DNA of 61,839 bases, the filler included, from Sphacelaria rigidula (Eukaryota), in NCBI GenBank assembly GCA_964200075.2. It is 5 parts of 5 records of this genome, joined end to end, with 100 filler letters (N's around TTAATTAATTAA, not from the genome) between each part and the next. Parts side by side here need not be neighbours in the genome. Positions count along the whole stretch, not along the records: positions 37,168 to 49,453 come from CAXNAA020003918.1; positions 49,554 to 61,839 come from CAXNAA020003919.1; 3 more parts are not named here. One strand, given 5' to 3'. Numbering within the stretch: position 1 is the stretch's first letter; every line of letters begins with the position of its first letter. The notes beneath the pieces were generated by a model. The model did no database searches. It saw nothing but the letters and a program-made list of their open reading frames with translations, and was not told the origin of the DNA. The translations under genes were made by a program, and so were the position numbers. Below, piece after piece: positions 39,580-53,200 of this stretch.

Positions 39580-42500
39580 CTGCGGCAGTCATCTTTGTCA
39601 ACGACCACTATTGCAGTGGGACAAAAAAGCATCGAGACGCCCATCGCGATCCAACCTTACGGCGCGTCGCACCACAGGTGCGCAAGAAATGAAAGAGACG
39701 AGGACGAGATGAAGGCACAGCGTAGACGGCCCTAAAAGTTTCGCAAAACTAAAACAGTTAAAATCAAGATGGACCAGTGCATGACACATGACAAGACGAC
39801 AGGCCAGACTTTGCCGTGGGTGACCTCACCTATCACCTATTCATGCCATCTCTGCGACGTGTTGGCCAAGAGAGCAAAATTACTACGCGGGGAGGGTGGA
39901 CAGCGAAGGGAATACCTGACTGCTCATGGTGAAACAGAGTTGGGATTTGACAGAGTGGCGTAACCGGCTTAGCAACCAATCTGCTGTTCTCCGTGGTCGG
40001 TACAGGCTGAGCCAGCATAGAAGCGGATTTCTAGTTTGTAGGCGAATTCCCGATTTTTTACTTGAAGTTGGACAGTGAAATTTGGTGTGGACAATCAACA
40101 GGGCATGAAGAAAAGCTGTCTGTGGGGTTCCCATTTTTTCTTTTTCATGAGCTTCGGGCATTTTACTGAAACCTCAGAACTGATTATTGCCCTTCACTCA
40201 TGAAAAAAACCCAAAAAACTTGAGGACCCCACATACAGCTTTTCTTTATGCCCTGTTGATTGTCCACACCAAATTTCTCTGTCCAACTTTAAGTTAAAAA
40301 TTGCGAATTCGCCTTTTAAAAGCCGGGCCGGCGATAATTCGTGACAGTATTTGCAGGCCGTTTATCGGCCGACGTTTGGTGTTAGTGTATTGAAACTTTG
40401 TGCGGGACCTCGCTAGGTCATGATGAAGTAAGAAAAATGGATCAAGTTGGTTTTGATTGTTTTTTGCTGGTTTAGGGCGTTTTAGTATGGTAACGACCAT
40501 TTTTACGCGAACCCCCGATCCTCTCCCGAAAAAAAGATGAAGGCCCATTTTTTTTTTATTCAGCATACCTCTGTCGTTCTCCGTGCTAAGTTTCAAATCA
40601 AAATTTTGAAAATTGAGCTTAAAAATTGAGATGAAGCCCAAGAGCAGTGTTCATTTTCCCTCAAAACACCCCCAAGAACACGAAAAAAAAATGAAGAAAA
40701 ACGAAAAAAATGAAAAAGCTGTTGTTATTTTATAATGCAGTAGTGGTTCTTCACACAAAATGTCATGGCCTAACCCTCGAAAAATGAGACCCGATATGCA
40801 GATTCACGGCATCTAGTGCCTCTGCTCGTATATTGATTTTAGTATGGAAAATGATGTGCGCCATATCTCGAGATAGATTACGAATTGGGTGAAGGTGAGG
40901 GTATCTATCGTCTCGCTGTGTTCCAGGGAAAGTCCGCACCAAAAATCGTTATCATCCGCTGAATGCATCGTTCGGGGTTTCATATAGATTTTGGTGTGGA
41001 CACTACTTCCGTTCGGTATAGGAATTACTAGACATGGGGTTTGATAACGAGAAAAATCATGGCCCGGATGTTTTAGCAGATGGTCACCTTCCCCTTGATT
41101 AGACGATTAATACAATATGCGGATGCGGATCATGGGCCAACTCGTCCATGTCGATGACATATTGCTATGAGAGCTTAAATCGATTTTAGGCTGCCCCAGC
41201 TCGTACAAAAAATGACGACTTCACATAACAGAAGTGTCAATTCGTGCGATCAGCCCATGTCACGCCACTCTCCCACCTGTTGACATTGAGATGACAGCAT
41301 ATTTACTCGAGAATCATGTCCTGCGGAGGTTTTGTAGATGGTTGGACGTGCAACTACACTCTAAGCTCTGTCCATGAACCAGAGGGGAGCCATCAATTCA
41401 TGTACGGGTTGACATGAGGATTTTCAATGTACCAGCGTCCCACTCCTTAACCCTTCTGGGACCGGGCCTCCAGAACGACCAATGAGGCTGGTCAGGAATG
41501 ACGTGTCTGGCGTCTGCACGAAACATACAGTGGCGTGTGAAAACCCGCGTATGTGACCGCAGGGTCTTGACGAAGACCGAAAGTTTAATCCAATCTAGAC
41601 TCAGGTGCAGGGTGCGCATCAGGTTGTGTACATCTGATGTAGCAAGTAGTATGGGTCGCCGTAGAGAGCTTCCAACAGGATACGGCGACCGGCGTGCCGC
41701 CCGCCACTTGTGGCTTTGGATGGTATTTTCATCCCGATCACCTTGCCACACAGCCCTTTGTGGTCGGGGTGGGCCGCCATTTCCCTCTTTGTTGCATGCG
41801 GCGAATTCTCTTTGAAGGGTATATCAGCTTTGCGGCGCGCATACATACAGTATACAGCGAAGAACAGTAAAGTACAGTACAAATACAGTGCAGTATGCCT
41901 CCCCGACTGCAGCAGCAGCTGCCGTTGCATACTCCCTTGCACGTTCTGGGCAATTCTCAGCCACCGATATCAACTGCCTATATACTCCGTACATGTTAAC
42001 TGAACACTGCAAGTCATCGGCATAGGGATAAGCAGAATTCATGACGGTACAGTAGCTCCTCTTGTCTTTTCACGACCCACCTGGGTCTAGTGCCTCGTGA
42101 AAGTGACCACATTGTAGTATGTACACTCCTTCCCAGTTTTTTCCGGTCCACCCTGTGTTAGTATAAATTACTGCGTTTCAATATAGAATTGGGACCCAAA
42201 AAACACTACGGAAAACTCGGGAACGCTTTACTTCGTGCAAGTAATACCATAAAAACAAGCTGCCACCACCCTGCACTTGGAAACCTGGGGAGGCTTATCT
42301 AGGCCAGGGATAAGGCCCCCACACGATTTTTGCAGTGTCATCACACTCGACAACAATCCCCGCGCTGGTCGTTCGGGTCTGGTCAATAAACTTCGCCTCG
42401 CCGTGACTGGGCAGGTCGCTCGGAGACTTGTTTTTTATTATTCCACTAACACAGGCTCAACCCTGTGTTGGTGGGGGTCCGGTCCCAAAAGGGTTATAAT

Positions 42501-45500
42501 GCCAATACTGCGTCCCTCGATTTTTCGTTCGAGGTTCGAGAGTTCGGATCTGAAATTCCGAGAAAAGGTGTAAACCAATGTTTTCGAGGTCATCCTCGGG
42601 ATAGTGTTCTCTTTCTTGACTGAGCTTTCGAAGAGAAGATCCCCCCTTGTTTCGGATAAAAGACGAACAAATACTTCGACAATGACCTGAAAAATATCGA
42701 TTTGCACCTCTCCTCATAATTTTAGGTCTAAACTCTCAAATCTCGAGTAAAAATCCAACATGTGTAGATTCCCAGTGGTGTATGTAAACTCGAGACGTTT
42801 TTGTAGATATTTCCCTCAATATTTATTTTTGGCCGTGAATTTCGAACGGGGGCGAATTAGAAGTCAAAATAGGTACGGTTATTATCGTATTGATATCAGC
42901 TACACGTCCATCAATTTTCAGCGCGGTCGGAGAACAGCTCGTCCAACTTGATCCTCGAACCAAATCGCCATCTACGGTGACTCCACCAGGCCATTCAGGG
43001 ATAGTTTGAAATGATGGAAGTGCCTGCATGGCCGACCAGAGTCCGCGGTGCACTCCAGGTTGACTATATGATCGCAGGGAGCCTTGTTGTGTGCTAGTCG
43101 TTGCTGATGTTCGTTTTTTTTGCACTGGAGACACATGATTGTTTCAAGTAGTGGGACCAGCCTGTAGTCTGGGCACGACTGGGTCAGCAGTATATTGCCC
43201 GCTAGCACGGAAAGCTGGCACCTGTGGGTGAGACAAGCATGCAAATAGTATGTGGTTGAAGCGTAGACTCTGCAGCGTTGGTGTGAGAGTTTGACGCAAA
43301 GTTCTAACCTCAAGTTCGGATGTGCATCTCCAAAGGCCTGCCAAAGTCGTGCAGCCTTCCTTCAAGAAGAACAAGAAAACAAAAAACGTTCCTCGGCGGG
43401 TGCAAAGTGTCCTTAATCTGGAAAATCTGTCGAGAAAAACGAGGGTCTGAATTTGTCGGAATGCGCCACACGACCGATTTTGAAACTGTCCTTCATTTGA
43501 CAGCAGCGTCTCTGCTTTACTGTGCAAATCAAAGAGGGATGTCGAAAAAATCCAGGTTTTCCTCGCCTCATTACGAGGGGTTAGGCCAACCTTGAGAGGA
43601 TGAAAATGGCACCTCTTGCGTGCACTCTCGTGTCAACGGGAAGTACACGCGTGTGTACGCATGTGAGAACCATTTTATTATACCCTGGACAATAGAATAC
43701 ACAGTCGAGAAGTGTACTGCGTACAGTATCGACTATTGCGCCTACTGCAATATACAATATATTCCATACTGTACGCAGTACATTTTTTGACAATGAAATC
43801 TGTTGTACAGGGTGTGCATTTTATAGGGTCTGTGCTATTTTTTTTGCTTTTTTTTCTCGCGTTTGTTGTGGTCGTTTTTTTCACTTGTGCTTACATATTG
43901 ACGGCTCGTTCATCATCGGTATATGCAAGTTTGTCAGCGAATGCATGAAGTACTTGTATCGCTGCGGACAACATCCAGGATACCGAATTCAAACCCGGCG
44001 ATCATCAACAGGTGTACGGTCGGCATGGTGGTTTTTTTCTGCTCTGTAAGCTCGCCCATACCCTCATAAAGGCGGCCTGTGAGCACGCTCTGCAGTACTG
44101 GCGGCTGCAGGTGATGATACACAGGATCGCAACGAAGAGTTCAAAGTTGAACATGCTAAAAATCAGTTGATGTTCTGACTCCGCCTGATGAGCAATTCGA
44201 GGACCCTGGAATGGTGCCACGACAGGGGCAAACCCTCAGCCGCGTATATTGCGCCTCGCGGAAAAGTTGACCCCCTTCTGGCAAAAAAAGTACTAGTTTT
44301 CACAACCTTGATTTCGAGAGCCATTTGTAATATACGCCAATACATACATGCTCACCTGTAAAATACTTGCGGTACTTTCGGGGGGTGGGGTTCAAATTGT
44401 CCCGCAGGCCGAGTACGGACAGTATCCCGTGATGGTATCCACGGAGTACCGAAAGAAGGTTTTGAAACCCTTGAACGATCGATTCTGCCTGGCAGAGGCG
44501 TGTCTGTTGGCAGACGTGATGCAGCACCTGCAGGACGAGGCTGGGAGGAAAGCGTTTCACCCGAGGTGCGTTGCGTTATTTTCCGGGACTCAATCAATCG
44601 CTCGATGCTTGTGGCTGCTCATGTTTTCTGCTCGTGCGTTATTTCGTTTCACCTGAACTCGTGGCCTGCTGGATGCTGATCGTGCCGGGACATACATTTT
44701 CACATGGCGTACGCACAGTGAGACTAGCCCTGTACACCTGGCCGTGTTTCGTTTCATTTTTTCCGCGTGTGTCTCTTTCATACGGCCACATACCGCATAC
44801 ACAACACGACCCCCCTTGTCTATCCGCGTGTGCTGGGTAGAATTTTCTTTCAGACATTTCTAACCTTGTCAGCGCTGTAGAGAGCAGCGAAGTCCCGGGA
44901 GGCAGATAAACCTGCGGCTGTGATCCAAGCACATACTGTATCTTCGTACATTTCTTGTCTTGTATCGTGATCACTCACGGGGTGTGCAACACTAGTGTAC
45001 TGTTGACAGCTAGTCCTGCATGCCTGACCGTGATTCGTTTTGGTTCTTTTGGATGTGTTCTTCCTCTGTCTCATAAGTCTGCGCACTTACGGTTGTACGA
45101 GACCATAACGGTGTGGTATCTAATTTTCGACCTTTTCATTGCATTCGTCGGCGTTTCTTGAGCTAAAGCCAATATTATTTCTACACCGTGGGTGCTTGAT
45201 CCATGCAGCCGCGCGGCCGAGAAAAAGTAGGTCGGTCCAAAAACGGCCATTTTTCGCTCGTTTTCCCAGCAAAGCATGAGAGACCCGGGAACACGAAAAA
45301 TCGCGAAAAATGGACCAGAAAATGTGAAAGTCGCGAAACCACCATTGATTTTGGAAATGTCCGTGATGTTGACTTACGCACGCCCCATTCAACATTTTGT
45401 CAACCTGTAAAAATGTAAAAATGGGGTATATTTCGACATAATTTTAGTGATGAAAACATTTTTTTTTCTTCTTCGTTTTTTCTCTTCATCAGCTTCGCCT

Positions 45501-48277
45501 GCGCACTGACTCTCTAACGAACCAAACCATGGGATGATCGTCAACGTTAAAATACTCGAACGATTACACGCCCACAAGTGCCCAGACTTGTGAGAGAGAG
45601 AAAGTATGTGTTTTCCATGCGATCACCGTATGAATTTCACGACCCCTCCTGAGCCTATTCTTGCCGCTCCTCTAGACCCGTCCCTCATGCGTGATGTGTT
45701 TGGTCCTTTTCTTTTTTGTATCAGGGCTGTAGTGGAAGACGTTCTGGCTGCTGTAACTCACGTGCATGTATCGGGCATGATGCACGAGCGAGTATTGGCG
45801 GACATCGGAAGGTACATCCATCCGAGCCACCGCCTCGAGCACATGCTCAAAACGCTCAGGAACGCCGGGAAAAAGCTGTTCAGTAAGTTGGTTCTCTGTT
45901 ACATCATCTGGGTATGGTGACGTGTTTCCTGCATCTTGCTTGCCTGTCTAGCTCATGGAACGCTGCGTTCGGCGGTTTGTCGATCCTCGCAGCAGCCGAA
46001 ATCTAAGTTGAGTGCGATGAGCGGAAAAAAGAGAGCAACGAATTTCGGGGGAGTCCGTCAGGAAGCTTGTCGCATTCCAGTGTACTCTTTTCATTCGTCT
46101 TTCACTGCTGCTGCGATATTGCGCAGGCCGCCTGTTTTTGAAAGAACAAACGTGCAACCTTTAGCTTACCACCGAAGTGTTGAGACTGGCTCGCACGCGG
46201 GTAGGGTTGCATTGCGAACTCTACCTTATTGGGTTTTTCTGTAGCAGCCGGTTCAATGTTTCCAAATGTGCGCTCGCCCGTCCTTGTAGTTATAGTTGCT
46301 GCGGTTTTTGCTGGCAATCGCAATCAACGACTTGATTCCGCGCTGTTGAGACATTTTTTGTATCGAGTGATGGATTTCGCGCCCTTGGGGTCTTCCCCCT
46401 CCTGTACTCTCCTCCGTTGTCGATAAAATAATAACGAACTCGCGATCGATGCTCTCTTCGGCGCTCTCTTCCCGTGTCCCCCTGAATGACAATGGCAAAC
46501 ATTTTTTTTGTGTTTTACATCGGTTCCAGTATCTTCCAACAGCCCCTGGAAGTTCGTGTCGGCCGGCATGGAGCACATGTTGGGTAACAACTGGAAGGAG
46601 CTGTTCGAGTTCGTGGGCGTGTCAGCATCCAAGCCGCTCTTTTACACGGGGAACCGACCCTTTAGACTGGTACGAATTACACCCGAAGGCTGGTGGTTCC
46701 TCAAAACCCAAAAAGTCAAGCTGGAGGGAGTTCGGGAAGTGACACCTTCCTATAACTTATTTCGATGAAAATAGTCCCAAAAAGTGTCTCATCACTTGTG
46801 ACAACGGTTTGGCGAGTTCATTTTCCAAGATGGGAGCGCCCGCCCGCGTGATCTTCGCCATATTCCATTCGCTGTACGAAAACAAGAGGGCGCTGCAGTG
46901 TGTTATGTACAACTGTACTGTCTGTATTGTATGTGTCGTACAGCTACGTGCTGCAGGTGTACGTGTCGTCTGTATTATTGCACGGCTACACTGGCCGTAT
47001 TGATGTGCTGCTACTGTACCGTACAACGCGTGTGTCATCTGTATTGTGCTTTCTACAGCTGAACTTGGTTTGCATTGTCGTTTAGATTGCTGTAGCGTGC
47101 TTTGATGAGGGGCGTCATTGATGTACCGCATGTCTGACTCTTATCTGCTTTTCCCGACAGTATGAGTGGGAAGGCACCTCTGTTGGAAGAACTCTCAATC
47201 TTGAAGAACGTTCCCTCCCACGAAAGGGCCCCATTGGACATCGTTCGGACAGTTCTCACTACAAAAATACGCCGTAGCTCTGTCAACTGGACGTTTGAGT
47301 TTTGGGACATTCTATACCTTTCCCCACTCCTAAACATAATATATCGCCGTCACAGGTCTTGGGCACTATGCACCGCCTCACCGAGAGGAGCCTTGGACAC
47401 TCTTCTGATGAACCAGGTTCTAGGTTTCGGAAACGGCCGCTTGCCCAAATGTTTTTACTGTAAATGAAGAACGTGGTGTTTGTTCGTGGCGAAATTTGTG
47501 AGATTCATGTTTTTCATGCTCAGTTGGATTTTGTGTACAAGCGACCGTTTCCGAAACGTAGGAGCCCAGCTTATCATTGAGGTGTGCCAGGCTCCTCTCG
47601 GTGAGGTGGTGCATTGTGCCTCAGGACAGTGGCGGTGATCCTCCCTGTGAGAAGAAGCCCGAATGAAGCGGCTCAGATGGAGTTTGAAACCCCCTCGACT
47701 GACTGCGTGGCGCCCATTCAGCGTTGTGTCCCGTGTATGTCCTTGCATTGTCTGCGAGAGGGCTCGTGTGCGTGCTCACCGCTCCTCCCGCAGTGCAGAG
47801 AGGTGGCCAATTCGTATCTCGAAAAGAAGTCAAGCCTGGATAGCAAGTCCCAACCTAGTCGGTTTCGTGGGTGTATGCACCACACATACACATGTCCACC
47901 CGCGGCCAGGAAATTATGTGTTGTACTTAACTTGTCTTTGATATTTGCTTGGATGCTTCTTGTCCCACTCACCGTGGGGTAATGACGTGGTGTTCTGTTG
48001 CTTGTCGAGGCCAGAGTATGGGTATTGGTTCGTGAAACTTTGCGCTAAGGGGTTCGCCAAGACATGCCGCGGTAAGAGTACTGCCGTAAGTCTCCCCTCT
48101 TCGCCTGCCTCTTCTTTTGCTTACTTGGACCGCCGGGTGTTTTCGATGATCCCCCATGTATTTTCACTCTGCAGGTCTCGAAGTCGACCGGGCGCATCAA
48201 GTGGTCCGAGGTGACCTCCCTAGAGAAGGGAGGTGTGTTCACGCACGGCTCTATCGAAGAGCTTCGGCGGTTGAAAG
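38323..48277 (+). CDS. HAD-superfamily 5'-nucleotidase domain protein (NT5DC/cN-II family), internal exons only
   Basis: Phase-consistent exons 38323-38340, 38908-39005, 39361-39471, 44408-44565, 45725-45882, 46530-46669 and 48175-48277. They give YTPDLQVLIYDLAK..LV..KYP..YDKEFAIMGL..D, DV..AV..VH.SG.MH, GKKLFISSNSPW.FV..GM, W.ELF, A.KP.FY..RPFR. The N-terminal DxD and C-terminal GDH exons are not seen. Confidence 0.9.
39520..39575. repeat. (TG)n microsatellite
   Basis: Uninterrupted TG dinucleotide run. Confidence 0.98.
40040..40314. mobile_element. MITE with long (~90-110 bp) inverted arms, intronic
   Basis: AGGCGAATTC...AAGTTGGACAG.GAAATTTGGTGTGGACAATCAACAGGGCAT is mirrored at about 40225-40314. 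Confidence 0.85.
41451..42493. mobile_element. piggyBac-like non-autonomous DNA transposon (~1.04 kb), intronic
   Basis: TTAA|CCCTTCTGGGACCGG ... CCGGTCCCAAAAGGG|TTAT. CCC/GGG termini at a TTAA-like target are piggyBac hallmarks. Confidence 0.7.
45070..45420. repeat. Dispersed repeat, probable DNA-transposon end; second copy at 49100-49453
   Basis: Collinear similarity (TGCATTCGT.GGCGTTT.TTGAGCTAAA, CCCGG.AACACGAAAAATCG, TACGCACGCCCCAT). Confidence 0.75.
47343..47639 (+). ncRNA. Long imperfect intronic hairpin: candidate miRNA/hpRNA precursor, or an old foldback MITE
   Basis: Arms of ~135 nt and a loop of ~25 nt. Many arm differences form G:U pairs on the host-gene strand. Confidence 0.45.
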
Positions 48278-49453
48278 GTGAGAAAGAGTGCCGCCAACAG
48301 TACGGTGATGAATCCATGCGAGGCAGCCTCGCCGCGTCTTGTACCAGATGTCTTGACGCTGTCCTGGCCTGTGGGGGGTAGATACCTCGGCTGCGGCCTG
48401 CAAGTTGGGGTGAACAAGCATAGTTGGAGTGGACGAGGTCTCACCCTGATATAATTTGATGTGGTTATTAACCCTCTCACCGCTAGGGTGCGTCATGTGT
48501 TGAATCGGCGACACTTTCACTCAAGAAAAGATTGTGATAACCGCCCATCCTGGCAGTGAAAGGAGTGACATAATACCGGGTGCCACACGTAGATAGTCTC
48601 CACACGAATTGAATATCTCACCTGCAGACAACGATGGGCACACATCTTGACACAGCACCGTCAAACCAAGCCCCCCCTCCTCCTCCTTCCTGTCTTCCGC
48701 GCGAGCTCCAAAAGTAAGTTTCTGATGAGGTAGCCTAGCGTTGATTGAGGGTGAGTTGCATTATTCGCTCTGACTTGACCAATTTTTAATTTGTGTTTGT
48801 TTTTCTTTTCGTGCAACACTGTCGCGTGCTCACAGCTGCACGTCGATATCCTTCTCAGAGATACCAAAGGTTTCAGTGGCAAGCTACTACAGGAAGCGTA
48901 TCGCGCCTCGTATAAGGCCCTGGGAAGCATTCCGGCACTGACAATATTTGATTCGTTAATTGAGCGCTTTTCACTCTCAACCATGTGGGAGACTCTCATT
49001 CTCAAGAAAACATTGTTCGAAGTAAGTCCATGAGTAAAAGTTAGCGATGACACTAGTAGCAAACCCACACACACACATTTACATATATACTTCCTCGGTT
49101 TCATAAGTCTGGGAACCTCTTAGAACGAGCCCTTAACGGTGTCCGTTTTTTTTTTTTTAATGCATTCGTTGGCGTTTTTTGAGCTAAAAACAACACTCTT
49201 TCTACAACGTGGGTGCTCGACGCGTGCAGTCTCGCGATCGAGAAAAAATAGGTCGGCCAAAAAACGGCGATTTTTCGCTTCTTCTCCCAGGAAGCATGGG
49301 AGATCCCGGGAACACGAAAAATCGTGAAAAACCGTGAAAAAAACGTGAAAATCGCAAAATAACCAGTGATTTTGGGTATCCCCGTGAAATTTACCTACGC
49401 ACGCCCCATCAAACATATTTTCTACATGTAATCGCGAGTGTTTGACGTAAAAA

Positions 49454-49553
49454 NNNNNNNNNNNNNNNNNNNNNNNNNNNNNNNNNNNNNNNNNNNNTTA
49501 ATTAATTAANNNNNNNNNNNNNNNNNNNNNNNNNNNNNNNNNNNNNNNNNNNN
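49454..49553. other. Artificial 100-nt contig spacer
   Basis: N44-TTAATTAATTAA-N44. Confidence 0.99.
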
Positions 49554-50245
49554 TCTTTTTGTTCCCCATCGTTTCATCGCATTTTATTTCATTTGCTTTG
49601 TACTTTCCTCTACTTTTCCTTTTTCTTGGTTCCGGTCGACCATTTCTTTCTGTGCTTTGCTTGTGTTGACTTTTTTATTACTTTTTTTTTGTCACGACTT
49701 AGTCTGTCATGTCGTTCGGTTCGACCCCTCTTTTTTTGTGTGTTCCTTTTTTTTTCTTCTCAGAGCGTGTTACATTTTCGTTTTTCTTGGGTACGACAAT
49801 TATGAGACCACGGCTGGACCGCTGGGGGGTCAGTTAAAGTGCGACAATCAATCAATCAATCGATCAACAGGGCACCAGGTTTTGAGCGATGTACGTTTAC
49901 CCGGATCACCGCAACTCGAATTATTCAGAACTCCCCATCTCCAGTTGCAGTAACCACACGCCTTCTCCGGAAAGGATTCATATGTGGAGTTTCGATTCTT
50001 TGATGTGTAGGGGCACGACGACTGTTCTCCGTAGAAGGCACACGCGACAGTAAGGCAGACCCTTCCATTAGACACTGCACACGGCTGGGCAGCACACCAA
50101 CGTACTCTTGTGAGGCCCCCATTTTTAATTAAAATGCTCGGACGGTATGGTGACGTCACGGGGTGCGCCAATTTCTAACGTAGCCCAATCCTCTCCTTGG
50201 TGTCTTCCCTGATCCCGTCCATCGCTTCCGTAGCTCTAGGCTACC

Positions 50246-53200
50246 ATGCGCTTACTGTGGTCCATGCAGTTCCTGGTGGCGGCAATGACTGGGTGGAGCC
50301 TGGTGGAAGGTGAGCCGAAGGATGTAGGATTGTCCTTGGCAGACAGTCGCACCTCTCACGTTCTGTTCTGCAGGGCTAGAAGAAACTCCTTCCTCCATGC
50401 TCCGTTTCGAAAGGGATAGTGGTCACTGGTCAAACGACTAAGGCAAGCAACAAGTGAGTACGCCCCCCACCCGCTGACCGTTCGTTTGTTGTCAATGGCT
50501 ATTCCTTTCTTTCAAATGACCTTGGTTCAGGTTTGAATGACTGCCTCGACGAGCAAAGCTCGGACTATCGGTGCGGTGAAGTCAGCACCAGTTCTGTCAT
50601 GTGAGTTGTCCAGTGACTTCCCATGAGCAATCCACCAAGAGCGGGAGTGGACTGGGCCTTTGGTTGAATTTGCTTGGCTCTTGAAGATGTATCACGGGAC
50701 GAATCGTGGCGCGCGGAGTGTGATTGAAGGAGATGCCTTGTTCTTGAGCATGTCAACCACCGTGTCTCGTTGCCTCGCATCAACCCTGCGCACCCGTCGT
50801 GCAATCCCTGTGCAAATGGCACACGTCAGGAGCTTGCAGAGCTGCGATCTAGTGGACGAAGATATACCTGATGTGGACGCCTGCTTAGACAATGCAGGAC
50901 GGGGCAACATTACCACTGTGTGAGTCCTTGAGCGATACGGGATGGCATGGATTTGGCCATATTTGTTAGCACGCCCCGCGGACCTTTCACTTCCGAGGAC
51001 GTTTTTCTAGCGTCCGCTCTCGAGAGTTATTTCCTGGTATCCCATTCCCAAGTTCTGACAAGGTCGCAGACAGAGTCTGGTGCTGGTCGGCAAGGGGAGG
51101 ACCGGGTATCTATAAGGCGGGGCATTATTGCATCCAAACGGGTCGGGAACTTCAGCGGCTACTTTGCTTTCTCGTTTCGTACGAATCGTTTGACTTTGAA
51201 GTGATCATGTGCTGTCTATGTATGGTACGTAACTACGAGCGTCCTTGATTCGATTTTTAATGCACGAGTGCTCCCGCGGTAAGGATCCTAGAATCGAAGA
51301 CCCCGGATGTTTTGCAGTCAGAGGGTTGAGCCTGGTTATCAGTGGGCCTACCGGCACTTCCCGGCCATCAGAAAGCCCCAACAGACAGATTGCACGGTAC
51401 CAATGACTTATAATCGATACCTATCACATGTGGTTTCGAACAGTCGGTACCTGGTGTACAGTACTCAGCATGTTTTTGTTTTGTGCCAAAACATGCCGGG
51501 TACTAAAAACGCCTCCACGAGAACAAGTCCATTACTGGAGTACTTGCACCGAACGGTCGGACGGTATCAAGCTCTCGGGGGTGCATGGCACCTTTCTCGC
51601 CCGCCCCCAAGTGTCAACGCGCTATCCTCCGTTAATAGTATACTTGCACAGTTCTTGTGAGTAGTTTAACCGCTAATGAGCTGAGCTCCAGGTGCTTGAG
51701 TTGATTCTTCAGCCTGGCAGAAGCAATGCCTGTCGTGAAGTATCGCGCGGCACCCTACTTGCCCCGTGCGGGGTGGGTTTGGAATCTTAGTGCCTCTGCT
51801 GGGCATGAATCGACAATGGGATGAAACAATAAGCGATATAGAAGAGGCCCTTCAAACATAAATAGCGGGCATGCCAGCGACTCTATTTGTTGAGATACAG
51901 CGTCGCCAAGGTCTTTTTCATGGAGTCCGTCGCTGTAGTTGATTAGAGTTCCCTTCATCCTCCCAGGGCATCTGTAGTGCTGGCCGCCAACATCGCTCGG
52001 GCAACACGATCTCTCCCCACTATGCAAGGACGTCAGCGTGAAGAATCTGACCAGTAACTCGAGCAACTTGGGGATATAAACAGCAGCTCCATCGCCGTGA
52101 CGCCTCGGTAGCGCCGGAACTTAGTGTGACGAATGAGGTTCTTTCCTCAGATAACATACCTTCGCCTGAAACGAACTCGGCGTCTGTCACAGGTATCTGA
52201 GCAACAACTTCTTCACCACGCTTCCCGAGGGGCTGTTCAGGGACCTCCCCGCGTTGACATATTTGTGAGTATCCCCCTGCGGCAGAGAACTGTAACGAAG
52301 AAGATACGCTACTAGAAGTGAGTTTGGCTGCCACGGCATTTTGTACCTCTGGTGAATGATCGGGTGCGTTTGCAGTAAAATTGTCTTGAACTTCCTGTTG
52401 GTATGTCCAGCCTGATCGATTGGTTGAACTGACTGGATTCGCACGTATGCGTGCAAAATCCGCTGGTCGCTCCCGCAGGCGTCTTTGGCAAAATCCGTTC
52501 ACGAGCCTGCCCGAGCGATTGCTCGAGGGGCTGTCTGCGCTGCAATCATTGTGAGTACCCCTCCCGTACAAGATATTAGACGAGGACATGTAGCGAGAAA
52601 TACACGCGGAAGCATGAAAACACCCAAACCGACGTCATCCAGGTCCCTGCCCTGTAAAGCGCTACATCGAGCGGATGACGCGCCTTCACCACTTTTCACA
52701 TGCTTTTATGTGTATGGGTAAAACCAAAGCGGCATCGAATCGAAAATATCGACCGTTGCGATGCAGGCACCACGCAAAGCGTAGTACAGTAGTGGGCAGT
52801 CCAACTATTCAGGGGTGTTCGGGGGTTTTCCTCGCGTACCACTCGTCGATAGAGCTCGAAATTGCTAGAGTCGGAAGATTTTATAACAATAAACAAATCA
52901 TCCTCGAAACACAGTGCCCAAGTCAGGGTTGGTTGGTGTTATCGGACGATTCGAGTAAATACCCCATTCATCAGGAGGGTGTTATTGACCGTGAAACACA
53001 GTTTTTCGGCTCTAGTGCAATGAGCAGGTGGAATTTCAAAAAACTAAAACTGTACTGTACATTTCTCCACAAATGTGACACGGGACAGGCTCGATCGACC
53101 GAAAGTATCGAAACGTAGGAATCTGGGCTGAAACGTGGCAGGACCCCCGATAACCGGTCAGCCCGTAAGTGATTCAATGTTGAGTACGGATGATTTTTCT

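Noticed and set aside
12293-49553. Regularly spaced TTAATTAATTAA palindromes within N runs
   Set aside because: Synthetic six-frame-stop linkers, not biology.
51585-51656. TT|GTGAGT donor resembling an LRR cassette end
   Set aside because: No AG acceptor 72 nt upstream and no LRR translation.
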